Origin: Podarcis liolepis
Taxonomy: Eukaryota
Length of the DNA stretch: 64,000 bases
Assembly (NCBI GenBank): GCA_965112155.1
Contig: OZ218098.1
Direction: 5' to 3' (one strand)
Shown: one piece after another, positions 62,805 to 64,000 of the stretch
How the letters are laid out: each line of letters starts with the position of its first letter
Numbering within the stretch: position 1 is the stretch's first letter
Position numbers and translations under genes: made by a program
Notes under the pieces: generated by a model
What the model was told of the DNA's origin: nothing
The model's input: the letters and a program-made list of their open reading frames with translations, nothing else
Databases searched by the model: none

Positions 62805-62983
62805 CAGGGCCTTGCAGAGCCAGGGAGAGGCCCGGGCCAGGTAGATAATGTGGCCCCCTTTGCGCCTCCGTGTTCACCCCAGTGCATCCCCTGCGATTGT
62901 GAATATGCTGACCGAGGCCCCCTTTGGAATCGGAGGCCCGGGGCAAGTGGCCCATATGCCCCCCCCCCCTCTGTCTGGGCCTG
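62805..62983. mobile_element. GC-rich hAT MITE
   Basis: CAGGGCC / GGGCCTG ends; 8-bp TSD CAATCGAC / CAATTGAC. Confidence 0.8.
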
Positions 62984-64000
62984 CAATTGACTAGGAAGTA
63001 AGCCCCACTGAAATAAACAGCTATGTTCTCTGCACAGTTCCCATTCATGGGACCTGCCCCAGAATATCTTCTTTTTGAGCTAAAACCCTTAAAATAAAAG
63101 TAACTGAAGCGTATGACCAACTTAACTAATTTATTTGAAGGGATGCATGTGAAAAGAACTGTTTCTTACACAAGATGCTAGCCTTATAAATACTTTAAAA
63201 ACTTTTCAACAACTGTTATAAGTATCATGTCTCAGAGTATTTCCCTAAGCATTACACATTGCAGAAATGTTTTATTTGTTTGGAAGCTCTTCTCTCACTC
63301 AGTGGCTGTGGTTGTCTGGCAGTTACATTGCTAGTGGGATTGTGTTCGTTCGTGAAATATACATACTTGCAAACTGCTACAGAACTAGGAAAGCCCAGAG
63401 GTTTAAATAGCATCTTTTGATCAAATACAAAATCATTACGGTTACACAGTATAATATCTCAGAAGCATTTGCAGACCTCCTGTTTTGAGTGCCTTTCAGG
63501 TGGGATGGAAGGTATGTACTGTATATGCAGCAGAATTAAAACAGGTGCCTCTTCCTATTCAGCCATTCAGTCATTTTGCATTGCATACCAACCAGGTCAT
63601 TCTGTATTGCATGATGGCTAAAACGTTTTAAAACTGTAATTCCTTTTGGAAGGAACTTGCCTAATAAGCTTTAATGCAGGGGAAGGTTTCCAGTGGGGGT
63701 ATAGTGAGGGTTAGACACACATAGATTCCTCATCTCTAGTTTACATAAAATTGTGTTGTGGCACAGCCAGGTGACAGGACAGGGTTAGCAGACAATCTTA
63801 ATGACCTGAACTGGAATAAGTCTTTCCCTCAGGCAGCCTAGTCCAATGTTGTTTAGGACTTTATAAATCAGAACAAAAATCTTAAACCAGGTTGGTCACA
63901 TATAAGAAACCGGTGCTGCTCCTCTTTTAAGAGTGACATAACTTGTGCATGGTATGGTGCCTCACTCAGCAACTTAGCTGCTGCATTCTGTCCTAGTTGC

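Overview
Eukaryotic, AT-rich, repeat-dense vertebrate DNA, almost certainly a squamate and most likely a lacertid lizard. The basis is Sauria SINEs with ACCTTT tails, a CORE/Squam3-like SINE, BovB, CR1 with ATTCTATG tails and lizard-type L2 3' ends. No complete host gene is recognisable. The window looks like a large intron or intergenic interval, with one well-formed but unidentified minus-strand exon candidate (60301-60449) and a few weaker ones. Nearly all long ORFs derive from transposable elements: (1) a young Ty3/Gypsy insertion (1663-3230) with an intact 5' LTR, tRNA-Ser PBS, uninterrupted Gag plus partial protease and a 5-bp TSD, but with pol and most of the 3' LTR deleted, inserted into a perfect host hairpin; (2) a 2.8-kb CR1 with open ORF2 and three more young CR1 pieces; (3) BovB, RTE-X, L2, DIRS, decayed Gypsy and hAT transposase fossils; (4) a solo LTR, several SINEs and many Tc1/mariner-pogo, hAT and Harbinger MITEs. 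I find no CRISPR array, rRNA or intact tRNA, and no strong evidence for a new system. The best leads are the Gag-only Gypsy remnant, its hairpin target, a TF-motif-rich solo LTR, an atypical 3'-truncated CR1, a candidate recursive splice site and a pre-miRNA-sized hairpin. All family assignments come from motif recognition by eye; no database searches were run.
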